A stretch of DNA of 63,703 nucleotides, filler included, from Polymyxa betae A26-41 (GCA_003693705.1; 4 parts of 4 records of this genome joined end to end with filler, not necessarily neighbours in it); one strand, 5' to 3'. Positions 1-12,812 are shown, counted from the first letter of the whole stretch. Made by a program: numbers and translations. Notes: generated by a model from the letters alone, not told the origin.

Positions 1-294
1 TGATCTGCTGGTACGGTCATTGAATGGGCGGCGGCAGATATCTGTTGGTGAGGTCGTCGTGTCGCGTATTCCAATGTTGGCGTCAAGTCTTGACACTTCG
101 GACACGACACACCAAGCGGGACTTTTCAAAACTTACTAAAAAATATTATCAGGCTGGTCAAAGAAATCGCTACATGCACAAACTTATCCGGAATTTTATG
201 TCAATTGAGGATCATTAATGGATGATTTCCTCAGGGTGTATGATAACTTGCTTTATGTTCATTTGATTAGAGAATTATGATGAAACCAAAATGG

Positions 295-1156
295 TTAATT
301 TTTGGAGATCGATGTAGCGACAATTTTCCAAAATAAGCTATTTTTGGTAGTTCTGGCATTTGCCAGGTTTAACGAGGCCTGGGGTATTGTAAACAAGGCT
401 TCACGCTCTAACAGAATTACAGCGCCAGCAATTCTGCCCGTCATGAAGTTCGGACCGTCTGACTCAATACCCAGAAGCTTCCTACGCCAAGAGGGACAAA
501 GAGCATCCAGAGCTTTACTGTGAGGCTGAGAATATTTGCAACAGTATGCATTTCGAGCCTCGGCAAAGCTGCAAAGTGAAAGTTGTGAAGATGGCCCTTG
601 TGATGTGCTCGAACACATATGGCTTGATAGGGAACGCGACGATGAGTGCAATGGAATAACCGCGAATCCGCAGATTCAAGAATATCGCCAATGATACTGA
701 GGTTCTCTGCAACGATGATTCGAGAGAAAATTTGAAACCTGAGTATTCGAGATAGATCATAGATCCGATTTTTCCGAGCCCAGGTAACAGCTTGATGGAT
801 TCTAGAACATCAGCCACTTGATGAAAGGACAATCCGTGAGACAAGTACTTTGCAGAAAGATTAAATTGAGGCGGATTATTGTTCGCAGATATGTTGTTCT
901 GGAAGATATCAGTATCACCGGTTCTTGCCTCAAAAAGCGACAACGCTCGTTGTTGGGAAACGGTTCCATGGTCTTCAGGATAAAAGAACATATCGCCGAA
1001 CATAACTTCCACAATCTCTCGCTTCACTATGAAAGTCAATGGCTGCTCCGTGCGACCAAAATGAGAGTGCAGAATGTTCGCATGTAACGTGACACTCCCA
1101 TAAAACGTCTCTTCGCATCCAGATCGGCAGTTTGTTATAACACCTTCGTTTCGCAT
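295..1156 (-). pseudogene. hAT-like DDE transposase remnant (frameshifted)
   Basis: Overlapping minus ORFs read FIVKREIVEVMFGDMFF...QFNLSAKYLSHGLSFHQVADVL...YSIAL... and ALDALCPSWRRKLLGIESDGPNFMTGRIAGAV; the latter matches the hAT 'xxDG(A/E)xxMxG' second-aspartate region. Confidence 0.55.
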
Positions 1157-1209
1157 GTTGGCCTTTATGATGGCTTTCGTACAGCTCCGGGAGAAACGAC
1201 TCCCATATC

Positions 1210-2122
1210 ATGATCCCGGATTTCATCACCATCGTCGATGCGATTCAAGCCAATCTGCTGGATCTCAGCACGCGGATGACCGATGCCGAGCTCCGGATGA
1301 AGGTCATCCAAAAGCTCCCGGAAAATCGCTTCTCCAAATCGGATGCGATTATGAATAATCCGAACAAGACCATTGTCTGGCAGCGTCTTAGCCTGATTTC
1401 AATTTCAGAGCGCAAGGGCTACGGCCAAACGTCCGCGGTAGACTCCATTGTCGCCGCGCCTTCCCACAGCTCCCAGTGCAATTTCTGTGGCCGCAACAGT
1501 TACAACATCTCCGATTGCCGCGATAAGGCGCGAGCGAAAGAGCTGTTGGCGGCCGACAGTTTGTCCCGTCAATCCAGCTCAAAACATTATCCAAATTTAC
1601 ATGAGATCTATCCTTGTGCCTCCCACTCGGAAGACTCCGAACACTTTGTAGCTCTGATAGAGGATAGCCTGACCAGCTTTTCCATGAACCATCTCACATT
1701 GTCACCGATATTATGGTGAGAGTGGATGTACAACACATTCATTTATGTGGTGAAAACAGCAAAGTGGGAAATTGCCAACAGCACCAAATTGGCAGTTACA
1801 GGTTCGGGGTCAGTCTGGATACAACTGACCCAACCTGGTAACAAAGCTCCCGTTATAATTGTGAAAAGCGCAATCAACGTTCCTGAGCTGACAGGAAATT
1901 AATTTTTTGTTAATTTAGCCACGGACAGCGGGTTGGTCATTCTTTTCGACAATACAAAATTGATTTTATTCAACTCCGATACAAAGAAACTCATCACGGC
2001 CGGCGAACGGAAAGGAAATCTGTATTATCTCTCCTCGCTTCCCTTTGAAGTGTCAGATATACCTCGAGTTGATTAACTTTCTCTATCAAACGCAGCATCC
2101 ACAGCTATTTGGCATGCACTCT
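1210..2122 (+). mobile_element. Ty1/copia fragment (gag with zinc knuckle, degenerate protease region, GAG-pre-integrase), truncated
   Basis: UBN2-like gag DFITIVDAIQANLLDL...KVIQKLP (similar to the copia gag at 27.9 kb); CNFCGRNSYNISDC knuckle; ANSTKLAVTGSGSV; GNLYYL...AIWHAL pre-integrase motif; stop codons throughout. Confidence 0.8.
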
Positions 2123-2540
2123 AATGAGACATTAATAAACACAGCTTTGATAAAGTCAACCACGGCTGATAGTATTCTGAAAGATCCCCTCGCTATCTGA
2201 GCCCTTGGCACTTAGACCGCAAATTTGATGCAGCGATTACAATTTCAGCATTGAAATTTCCCTGGGTAGTTCGAGGAAGACGGTTTGATAATAACACTTC
2301 AATTAACCCAAATTTTATAAGGCCCACCCAGACTGACTGTATTCTGAAAGATCCGCTATATAACAGAGCCCATCGCACTTAGCCCACAATTTTGAAGCGA
2401 AGATTACGTTTCGACCACTAGAATTTCCAGGTCGTTTGAGGAATACGGTTTGAAAATGAGACACTAATAAACAGCATTTAGAAAATCAATTATGGCAGAT
2501 TGTCTTCTGAGAAATCCTCTATGTCAGCGGCGCAGCGCTT
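2123..2540. repeat. Degenerate ~167-bp tandem repeat (~2.5 copies)
   Basis: Recurring blocks gagacattaataaac..gtattctgaaagatcc (~2125, ~2292, ~2458) and gaaatttcc..gaggaa..cggtttga (~2253, ~2421), with a period of about 167 bp. Confidence 0.7.
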
Positions 2541-3162
2541 GACAGTGACCAACAGAGGCCCCGCCACCGTCAAACGCCTTTGCAGGAGAAGCTTCCACAG
2601 AGTTGATTCTGAGAATCAAGTTAACTAGTCCACGGACTTTCCTGCCTCAGCTGTGATAGTAGCTGGAGCATTCTTAGAACCTTCCAAGCGAGTATATAAG
2701 GGCATCCAGGCCAAAATCCCTTCATTACGATAATCTTCTTTCATAAACAACATTATTGATTTCGCTCCGTCTCCTGCCTCAAACCCTCCGATAGTGTCCG
2801 TCCTGACACTCAATAAAACAGAGAGCACGCCACTTAGACTTCAGTTTTGATTCGACGATTACATCAAAACCATTAGATTTGCACAGGCAGTTCGATGAGG
2901 GTGCTGTGAAGATGAGTTTTGTTAGAAACAAATTCAACATATGTCACAAAGAATGACACTCTCTATCGTATTGAAACCGAACTTGATTAGACTGAGACAA
3001 TCAAGTGATGCATCACTAATATCTCCCGTTAATGTATTGTTTTAAGCCGCAGACCCTATTCAGAAGGGGCTGGGGCAAAACTTTTCAAGCGTTCGCGACG
3101 ATTTGGAGCTAGCTATCTGCAGCCTCTTTGTTCTTGCCGGCAATATTGCGGGTTGGAATCCT

Positions 3163-4352
3163 ATGACGGGTATTCTCATTCTCATTGTCTTATTAGTAAG
3201 TTCATATCAGCATCACCTTTCAACCCTCGCTGATACTTTGCCACCACCAATAGATCATTGCCCCCAACCCAATTTAGCCTTCACATGGATAACTCCCGAC
3301 TAAATGAAGTTTGTGTCAGCTGCCTTTCCGTTGCCGAGTGGAGCGATTTCATCGCGAAGGCAATGGTCGACGAAAGGAGATTGCTCCTATCCAATGCATA
3401 CGATATGGCTAGGCTTGGGACAACAAATCTGAATTCATTGTGGTAAGAATTTCGCTTGATTTTCTAACTGTGCACTCCCTCACATTTGAGGGAGTGCAGT
3501 CCAGGTCACGGCAGCTGCCCAAGATGGGTGCGGTCTGTAGACAGGATACAGACTGGGAACCCGAATCCTAGATGGATCAGCACAGAACGTTCTGCCTTAT
3601 TTCTTGGCAAGGCCATTTGACTTAGTTTGCGGCAACCATATTTGCAGCAGAAATATCCCGCTTTGTGCTCAAGGCCAAAGTGCGGTATCCATTCCTCTTA
3701 GCTTTGGCAACTTTGCCTCAGGATACGGCGGTTCCCAAAAACGACCCATCCGGTCAATCGCCGACGACAGCTGCGCCAAAACCTTCCGCTGTGGAAAAAA
3801 CGAGTGGCTGTGGAACACTGGACAATCTAAAAACAGGGTTACCGTTCCACATGCTCCACCAAATCGACAGAGGTGCCCGTTGCACTTTTGATTTCGTGCA
3901 GGATCAGCGCAAACGTTTACAGGCCCTTGAGTTCGTTAAACTTTCAGAAAAGGTAGCAACCGCAGAGTCCCATGGTTCCAAATTAATAATGTGTGCCGAT
4001 GGTCGAATTTGCGACCCTGAAAAGGGGATTATTTCAACAAAATGATTGTTAATTAGAGCCTGGTCCAAGTGAGCAAATGCAGAGAATATGCAGAAAATAC
4101 ATGAGCAACACTCCATATAATTTGCGAGCTATTTCTAGAATCGCATTCATTGGAAATGAGCTCGGCAACCTGATTTCTATAACTGTGATGGTAATTCCTG
4201 GAACCGTCGCTGTGGTCGGCGCCGTCAAAGCTTGCGGCATTGCTGTCTGTGGGGCTGTATACGTAATGGCTCTTGAGTCGATTCGGCGTCCACCAGATGG
4301 TCTAAGCAATCCTTCACCTTGCTCGATCAAGACGATTCAGCATACACCATAG
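3163..4352 (+). pseudogene. Possible host gene relic (signal-peptide-like N-terminus, Cys-containing, intron ~3443-3504, C-terminal hydrophobic segment)
   Basis: MTGILILIVLLVSS...LA hydrophobic leader; gtaag..ctaac..ccag intron; chain of short plus-strand ORFs broken by stops and frameshifts. No family recognised. Confidence 0.25.
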
Positions 4353-4377
4353 TCAGTTCCGAATTGCAGATGCTTAC

Positions 4378-4830
4378 TTAATTTACGATTACTGCTGGTT
4401 CCGCAATAGTTTCGCTTTGCCAAACCATCTTTGAAAATACTGCTGAGCGTACTAAGCAGCATTGGCTGCAAACAAACGAGTTTCTTAAAGTCAACATTTT
4501 TTCTGGGTTCACGATAGAACAGTAGTCATTCGATGATTTCTGGAGTGGTCGAATTCGCAGTTTCGGCAATGTTAGATGTAATCAGCAGATACCAAATCGA
4601 AGAATTGGGAAAAGGCTTGTCGCATGCTATTGGATCCGAAGTCATCAGATAGTCGTAAATTAACCCGTTGCGATTTCGGATGTAAGTTAAAGCGGCTGCC
4701 AGACATTTCTGAGAGGCTGCCTTTATGGTGTGCTGAATTCTTCCTTCCACGTCAGCTCTGAAGATTTTCTTCACGTTTTGTTCGAGGTCAATCATGCATA
4801 TTGATTTGAGAATCTGAGGTAAGATGCGGG
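4378..4830 (-). pseudogene. Mutator/MULE transposase remnant
   Basis: C..DLEQNVKKIFR...KAA...AALTYIRNRN..IYDYL...LITSNIAETANS matches the MULE CxxH region and the TxNxAESxN catalytic-glutamate motif. Confidence 0.6.
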
Positions 4831-7455
4831 TCGGTGCACTATGCATACCCTTTTCACGATCGTGCAAATTTACGAAATGTGAACTGTTGATTACAGGCAC
4901 ACACGTCTTCAAGTTTTCATACACCGGAACTCCGTGGACTTGCTTTATACAGCGTCCGTACAGCCAATTGGCCCCGAAAACACGCTGGAGTCCAAACGCG
5001 CATTTTTACGGATAATGCGTGAAGGCGCAGATTCCCATTCGCTTGAAAATGCTGATAAATGATGAAAATCGCATATTTTGATTAGCTGAAAAGAACCGGA
5101 AATTTACAAAAAACGCATATTCTTGTGCGTGTGAAAGTCAGAACAATGCTTGCAATAGCGACCGGATGCAGGCATGGAATTGCATTTTCTGTTCTTTCAT
5201 CGACGCAATTCTCTACGATAATACAGGTACAATTATTATATATTTAATGTTCCTGCTTTGTTTTATTAGAGTAATTTGTATTATGAGTCCAGAAAACACC
5301 AGCAGTTCTGATGTCATGCTTCACTTGAGTTGAAATTGTAATAACAGAATGTTTACAACAGTTGCTGCAGCCTAAATACTTTTCTCCGATATCAAAATAT
5401 GGTGGTCTCAACGAACCAACGAGCTCCGAATTCGGATATCACCCCCTACAACAATCCATAAACATCAACGCGTTCGCTCAACATGCCCTTGCGTGCGTCC
5501 GAGTGCACCTAGAGCTGGGAGTCTCTTAACTCCATAGGACGCCAGTAGAAAGTTTGAGGTCCCCATTCCGAAGACAGGCTTCCTCAATCATGGGGCCGTA
5601 CATCGGCGTCAAAATCCAACTACATTATTTCAGGAAACAGACCCCTAATAAGCGGAGCCGTACAAGGAATGTTTGAAATCGAGGACATCTATGTGGAGGA
5701 CCGGTCCCAGACAAGTTAACAGTACATCAAACAGCATTACTACGCGGCTGTCTTGAGTGCTCTCAGAAAAGTCCACCGGTATTAAGCACCCTCAATCGGG
5801 CCGTATGGCATATTACTGAGGCAGATCCAGGGGCAGCAGCGTGCTTCCATCCGGTAGCGACAGTTTTGGCAACAACTTGGGACGATGTCCAGGTTCAATG
5901 GAGAAGACGAAGGGATTGAACCCCGTCCGCGGCGGACTGTGCCCCGCCCGCTGTCCGGCAGGACTGCGCATTCAAATTTGCGTCAGTTAGCCATAACATA
6001 TCTGCGACTTAATAAATATTCTTGCGTCAGTGCATATTGCAGAAAATGCGTATATTACAGCATCACTACTGTTCTTGGCTGGAATTGTCATTGCAAATGC
6101 AATTATGAGTATCCGTTTGGGCTGTCTTTAGAGGACATGGGATAAGGGGATCCTCATTGATGCAAAAATTCTGTGAAATGGCGAACGCTCTTTGATAAAT
6201 CAAAGGACAACTCTTGAGTTGGGATCATCTTTGTGAAACTCAATGAGAAAAATGGTCATAACCAGAGTGAGAAGATATCAAAGATAATATACATTTCAAC
6301 ATGGTTATATTCAGAAAGGACTTGGATATCACTCATATCAGTCTTTTTTCGAAGTATTTGACCAGAAAAAGCAGAATTCTTTTCCGTGATATTCATCAGA
6401 GAATTTCAGTCTCATCTGTTTTCGATTCAATTTTGGAGTGGACGATCCCAGCTCTCATTCTCGAGATGGAGACTGCTGCTCCTGGATCGACTGTGATTTT
6501 CCTTGTTGGTCTCCAACCAGTTGCTCGGGCTCAGCTTCTGCCTGACGAAAGCAATCTACGAGAGTACTATAAAGTGGTTCATGGGGTTGATTATCTCTCT
6601 CAACAAGGGGTACGCATTGCTCGGGTGCTGACAAATTCCAACATTACGGCTGTTCGGACCTCCGGATCAAACGGAAAGAAGTTCTGGTAAAAGGCCAAAG
6701 GTTCATTGCAGCCCTTGATGATCTTCGATTTGAGATTGCCGGTCGAAGTCAGTTCCTGAATTGCTCCAATTTGGTTCATAGCTGACTTTGTGCTAGATAA
6801 AAGACACAGGGTTGAAGAGGCTGAGATGTCAGATGTTCGTGATTCCAACTGGCAGCTAAAAACAGCTTTAACAATAATGATGGATTGCTTTCGAATCATC
6901 TAATTTCTATGTAGTCTAGACATTAGGTTATCTATCTTCGGTGTAGTCTATGCAGAAATGTCTATTCTAGAGTTGGAAAGAGAGATTGGGTTTCTAATTT
7001 TCGGTCGAGTCTAAGAAGAAGACTCTATTCTAGAGTAGGTAATGCCAACGTTTTTAGATCCGAGACGATTCCAGTTTTTGCAGCAATGTCCAAACTCTGC
7101 GTGGGACATAGGACGAGGATCTAAATAACTATATGAAGATACTGATAAAGATCTATAAGCACGCGTGCCTACAGCACGCGCAGCTGTCGCCCAGTGCTTA
7201 ACATAGTTCTAATCGTGCCTCAGGCACTTAATATTCTGTCATCTGTTCCTCCCAAGGGCAGACTCTGTTTAAGTCTACAGCCAGCCGGGCACACATCGAT
7301 TCGTCCACTAGGCGTATGGAATACTGCAGTTACAGATCCTTTCTAAGAGTATCTGCCCGCGATTGGGCATTTTGCGCTGTGAAGAGTTTCGCTGTTCAGT
7401 TTTCATAATGTTCATTGGATACAACTGTTAATCAAGCTTTGTTGTGAAACAGCCG

Positions 7456-7752
7456 TGTTGATTCTTTATGTGGGATATTTTTGTTTTGATGTTGCGGTTT
7501 GAGCTAAAGCCGACCATTTGCAGATGGTTTTTATTCGTTTGAGAAGCTTTCAGACGTAGTATAGTTTTACCAATCTTATCCATCCAACGCTGATGGGATG
7601 GTCTGACGCGAACCAAAGCAAACTCGCCCTGAAGCAAGGTGTAAGCAGCTTGTAAAACTTCGAGACTCGCTAATTTGTAATAGTCAGTCAGTTGCAGTCT
7701 ATGCAAAAGACAAACTTCACTTGTCTATCTAATCAACGGGTTATGGTCCCAG
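7456..7752 (+). mobile_element. Copia 5' LTR (7456-7738) and primer-binding site (7739-7752)
   Basis: Terminal inverted tgttgatt...aatcaacg is followed at once by ggttatggtcccag, a 1-nt variant of the copia PBS GGTTATGGGCCCAG (also at 27348). Confidence 0.7.
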
Positions 7753-7812
7753 CTTTATCGACGAATAATTGAGAAATGGTTTGTGCTGAAAACTTCTGAG
7801 CAAGATTCCCCA

Positions 7813-8009
7813 TGTCATGACTCAATCCTGATCCCGACTGTGTGTCACCTGTTATTTCCCGCTGACTCAACTTTCCTTCTTTTCCTACAAATTTTGACAA
7901 TATAATACATTACTGAATCTTTCGCTTTATTAGCACATTCGACATCACTTACCTGCTTCTATTCCGAGCTTTATAGTTACATTTCCGGCCTCTACGTCCG
8001 TTCCTGACA
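7813..8009 (+). repeat. 5' LTR of Ty3/gypsy element
   Basis: tgtca...tgaca termini; direct repeat of 12609-12807 (~17 substitutions plus one 2-bp indel by manual alignment). Confidence 0.95.
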
Positions 8010-8040
8010 ATAGATTCAGGAATCTTCACCCAGAACCTAA

Positions 8041-9015
8041 GTGAAGTCCAACGATCCTGCAGCGCTGCATGACTTCTCTGATCACAAGGAGATCGCAGCC
8101 GCACTCGGTCATCTTCAGCAACAGCTTAATGAAACGCTAACTGCAAACGAAGCATTAAAAGCAGAACTTCGTTCCCTTCAGTCCCAAGTTCCGCACACCG
8201 GTGCTTACAATGATCAACTGGCGCGACAGAACAAATCATCGACAGTCCCAAGAAGCACTGTAAAATTACCACTTCCTGAGAAGTACGACGGGTCAAGAAG
8301 CCACTTTCGTCAGTTCCTACAGAATGTAAAGCTGCAAATTTCCCTACAGTCAGAACGATTCCCTTCCGATAATAACCGCGTCGGCTTCGTTGCCGCCCTT
8401 CTTAAAGGAGCTGCTCAAGATTAGATCACGCCTTATCTAGAAAGAATCGACGAGTTGCTCTACGATTGGGCGATGTTTGAAAAGAAGTTTGCGGAAATGT
8501 TCGATGACCCCAATCGCGCCAGAACTGCAGCAGCAAAACTGGCACAGCTCCTTCAAGGGCGAAGATCAGTTGTCGCTTATGCCGCTGAGTTCAAGCGAGT
8601 CTCCATGGATACCAATTTCGACGATCCATCGCAGCTATACAGGTTCCGAGCTGGATTGTCAGACTGAATCATTGACGAGCTCCGTCATATCACCTCTGAG
8701 TCTACTTTAGAGAAGTTCATCGTTCAATGTATCGAAATCGACACAAGGTTGAGAGAATTTGACGACGAACGCAAACGAAGAGGGCAAAAACCGATGTTGA
8801 TCGCAACCCCGGTAGTCAGACCCCAGCCAGGGGACGATCTGATGCAAATCAACGCTGGGCAGACTACAGGTCCACAGAGACGCTCACAGTTAACTACTGA
8901 AGAAAGGCAACGCCGTATCCTTAACGACCTCTGCCTTTATTGCGGCGCAAGTGGCCCCATGCTGGATGTATTCCCGATAAGCCTGCCGGGAAACGGGCAG
9001 TCCCGTCGCCAGTGA
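8041..9015 (+). pseudogene. gag: Gag (Retrotrans_gag/DUF4939-like) with CCHC knuckle, two in-frame stops
   Basis: LPLPEKYDGSRSHFRQFL...LLKGAAQD*; QGRRSVVAYAAEF; LCLYCGASG. Confidence 0.9.
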
Positions 9016-9217
9016 CGACTGGATACCACTCTACCCCACCCCCATCTCTACACAACATCCCCCTGTTCTGTCCTGTCCCCTAACCCTTTGTCCTGAGCTT
9101 TCTCGTTCATGCTCACAGTTTCCGTCTATATGTTCTGCTTCCATACCAACCGACGATACCGCGCGTCCAATCTCTCTTTCTTCCTGTTGTGCTGTTTTCC
9201 CATTAGAAGCGCAATGC

Positions 9218-12200
9218 ATGTTCGTCGCGCTATCCTTTTTTATCAATGGTAATATCATCGAAACCCAGGCATTGCTCAATAGTTGTTGTACTTCTTTCTT
9301 TATGGATCGCCAATTCGCCGAATCACATCACATCAAATTTGTTTCGCTGGATCATCCAATCCCAGTTCGCACAACTGAAGGGTCTCATTTACGGCATGGC
9401 GATGTTCGGGAGCGTTCCGATATGCTTCATTTACACTCAGTTCTGGGCGATGAGAAGGCGTCTTGTTATATCATCAACTGTCCGCATTCGCCGATTGTTC
9501 TTGGCATCCCGTGGCTGAAAAAACATAATCCACACATTGATTAGCGGAAATGTACCTTACGACCTGGATCTGTCAAAGTTATTGACAGCTCAGTACCCGA
9601 CGCTGAAGGGGGCATGGAGAAATGCGTGCAACTCCCACAAGCGTATTCGGACTATGCAGATGTCTTTGGCTAGTCTCTTATCGACACTCTTCCTCCTCGC
9701 CGTGAATACGACTGTCGAATCGACCTTGAAGACAACAAGAATCCACCATTCGGTCCGATATACTCACCGTCAGAGCCGGAGTCCCAAGCGTTGCGCGAGT
9801 TCATTGCGGAAAATTTACCAAAAAAGCTCGTTCAAGAGTCGACATCTCCGGCCGGCGCTCCCGTCCTTTTTCGTTAAGAAAAAAGACGGGTCTCTAAGGC
9901 TATGCATCAATTATCGCGGCCTGAATGCTATTACCATCCGCAACCGATACCCCTTGCCTCTAGAAAACCAGCTACTGGACCGATGACGATCTGCCCGACT
10001 CTTCACCCGAATTCACCACCGTTCAGCCTACAATCTCGTGCGCATCCCAGATGGTGATGAATTGAAGACCGCCTTTCGGACGCGTTACGGCCACTTTCAG
10101 TTCAATGTCATGCCTTTTGGCCTAACCAACGCTCCAGCTATTTTCCAACACTTTCTTAACGATATCTTCCGCCCTCTCCTCGACAATTTCGTCGTCATAT
10201 ACCTTGACGATATCCTGGTGTATTCTTCTGATCTTACAGAACATCGCGATCATGTGCGTCAATTACTATCTCTCCTCCGTCATCATAGGCTCTGCGCTAA
10301 GCTTGAACAATGCCAATTCGATACTAACTCTACTGAATTCCTAGGTAACATTGTCTCAAGCTCTGGCATCTCTTTGGACCCTAGGAAAATCTAATCCCTT
10401 CTTAATTTGCCGGTCCCCAAGAACCTAAAGCAAGTACAAGAATTCGTCGGTTTCGCGAATTACTACAGCCGATTTATTACTAATTTCTCACAAATTGTTC
10501 GACCGCTCACCAGCCTCGCCAGGAAAGGCTTTCCGTTCCGTTGGAGTGCTCAGCAGGACGAAGCTTTCCGCCAGCTGAAAAAGTCATTCACATCGGCTCC
10601 AATATTGGTACATACCGATTTGTCGAAACCGCTCATCGTCGAGACAGATGCATCGCAGTTCGCCGTGGGTGCCGTCGTATCTCAGTACGACAATGAAGAA
10701 CGACTTCATCCTTGCTGTTTTTCTCTCGCTCTTTGAATAGTGCTGTGTCACGCGATAAGGAGTTGTTAGCAATTAAATGAGCTTTCGAAGAATGGCGACA
10801 TTATCTGGAAGGAGCTTCGCTTTCGGTTCAAGTGCTAACGGACCACGAAAGCCTCCGATATTTCCAGACCATGAAATCTTTATTGAACTGCCATGCACGC
10901 TGGTCCCAATTTTCTCGATTCGACTTTCAGTTCATTTATCGCCCAGGATCCCGGAACGGTAAGGCCGATGCACTGTCACGCCAGTCCGACCTGAAGCCAG
11001 ACCCTACTTCCGACAATCCCGATTCGTTGCCTGCCATGTTCCCGGCCCAATATCCGCATGTCATCAGTGCCGACATAACCATCGATGCTCGAGCGCTACC
11101 TCTCTATGAGCGGCTTCGCACCTTCACCGAAACGGATCATTACGCTCAGAATAAGATGTCCGAATTAACGAATCACGATGCCAACACGCCTTCTCGATTC
11201 TCAATTTCTGGTGGGATATTGTTGTTCGATAATCGCATCTATGTAACCGAGGGAGATCTACGCCTCCATATTCTTCAAATGACGCACGACGCACCCGCTG
11301 CTGGCCACATCGGCCACAGTCGGACTCTTGATCTCATCTCACGTTGCTATTGGTGGCCAAATCTCAGAACGTTTGTAGACCAGTTCGTCAAGAGTTGCGA
11401 TACATGTGCAAGATCGAAGGTTCCTCGCAAGAAGCCCGACGGTTTACTACAGCCCCTTCCCATTCCAGAACGTCCATTCTCTTCCATCGGCGTCGATTTT
11501 ATTGTCTATTTTCCAAACTCTGATGATTACAACAGCATCTGCGTATTCGTAGATCGCTTCACAAAAATGGGCCCCCCGTGCTCCGGTCCTCCTTCAGCAC
11601 CTTCAACTGCGCAGCTCGTCATCGATCATATCTTCTGTTTTCATGGACTTCCTGACCAGATAATTTCAGATCGCGGACCGCAATTCATCTCCAAATTGTG
11701 GACACGCGTTGTTGAATTACTCAATGTCGATGTTTCGCGTACATTCGGATATCATTGTCAGTCTAATGGGCAGACAGACCGCCTGGATCAGACCTTAGAG
11801 CAATATCTGCGATGTTATGTCAATTATCAGTAGAATGATTGGTGAAAGATGCTTCCTCACGCCGAATTCACGTACAACAATTCTGCTCATCGTCGCTAAG
11901 TCTTCTCCGTTTTTTGCTCTGTACGGCTACCATCCCATATTTGATCAGACTGTTCCTTCTGTTTCCCAAGTGCCGCGAGCCGAAGAATGTGTTCAAAATT
12001 TGAAGGATCTGCATGAGTGGCTGCGCACACAAATTCGGTCTGCACAAGTGTCATATTTTCGACACGTTAACCGGTCGTGATCGCCAGCGCCCGTCTACTC
12101 GGTTGGCGATAAGGTCTGGATGTCCGCTGAAAACGTCCGGTCTGCACGCCCTTGTGCTAAACTCGCTTCGAAACGGCTCGTCTTGTCAGTCCAAGCGCCG

Positions 12201-12590
12201 CAGAGCTCGAGCTTCCGGCGAATATGAAAATCCATCCTGTTTTTCATCTTCACTGTTGTATCCTTACCTCCAGAAATACTTTCTCGAACCGCATCCAACC
12301 TCCTCCAGATCCAGTTTGTATTGAAGCTGATCCCAGCCTGACTCCACATTTTCTCGTTCGTTCCATTCTTGATTCTCGTTAGTATCGAAATAGCCTGCAA
12401 TATCTTTTCGATTGGGTCGGCTATGGTCCCTCCGATCGTTCTTGGGAGCCAGCGTCTACGATTCGCAAGGATATTCCAGATGTGGTTGAGGCTTTTCACA
12501 AGAAATTGCCGTTGGCAGCAGGTCCTGCTTTACGTCTTCCGCGTCCTGATAATTCCAATCAGTATCGCTTCCGAGCGCCTCGCAGTCGCT
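9218..12590 (+). pseudogene. pol: Pol: protease, RT, RNase H, integrase, chromodomain (stops and frameshifts)
   Basis: ALLNSCCT (degenerate DSG); [19 protein letters not shown]; MPFGLTNAP; VIYLDD; ETDAS; TDHESL; H..P.AGH..C..C; SDRGPQF; QSNGQTDR; chromodomain VRSILDSR..LQYLFDWVGYGPSDRSWEP (~12350-12450). Confidence 0.93.
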
Positions 12591-12608
12591 CCTTTAAGAG
12601 GGGGGTAA

Positions 12609-12807
12609 TGTCATGACTCATTATCCTGATCCCGACTGTGTGTCACCTGTTATTTCCCGCTGACACAATTTTCCTTCTTTTCCTATAAATTGTGACAATA
12701 TAATACATTTTTGAATCTTACGCTTTTTTAGCACATTCGACTTCACTTACTTGCTTCTATTCCGAGCTTTCTAGTTACCTTTCCGGCTTTTACGCTCGTT
12801 CCTGACG
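12609..12807 (+). repeat. 3' LTR of Ty3/gypsy element
   Basis: Direct repeat of 7813-8009; terminal CA mutated to CG; preceded by a polypurine tract. Confidence 0.95.
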
Positions 12808-12812
12808 CCCCT

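Larger units (their letters stand above)
7813..12807 (+). mobile_element. Full-length chromoviral Ty3/gypsy LTR retrotransposon (Tf1/sushi-like), degenerate
   Basis: Two ~198-bp LTRs, TSD cccca/cccct, PPT aagagggggg before the 3' LTR; internal gag, protease, RT (YLDD), RNase H, integrase and chromodomain. Confidence 0.95.

Noticed and set aside
5400-7400. Short ORFs (e.g. 6301-6690, 6600-6899)
   Set aside because: No recognisable motifs; probably decayed repeat sequence.
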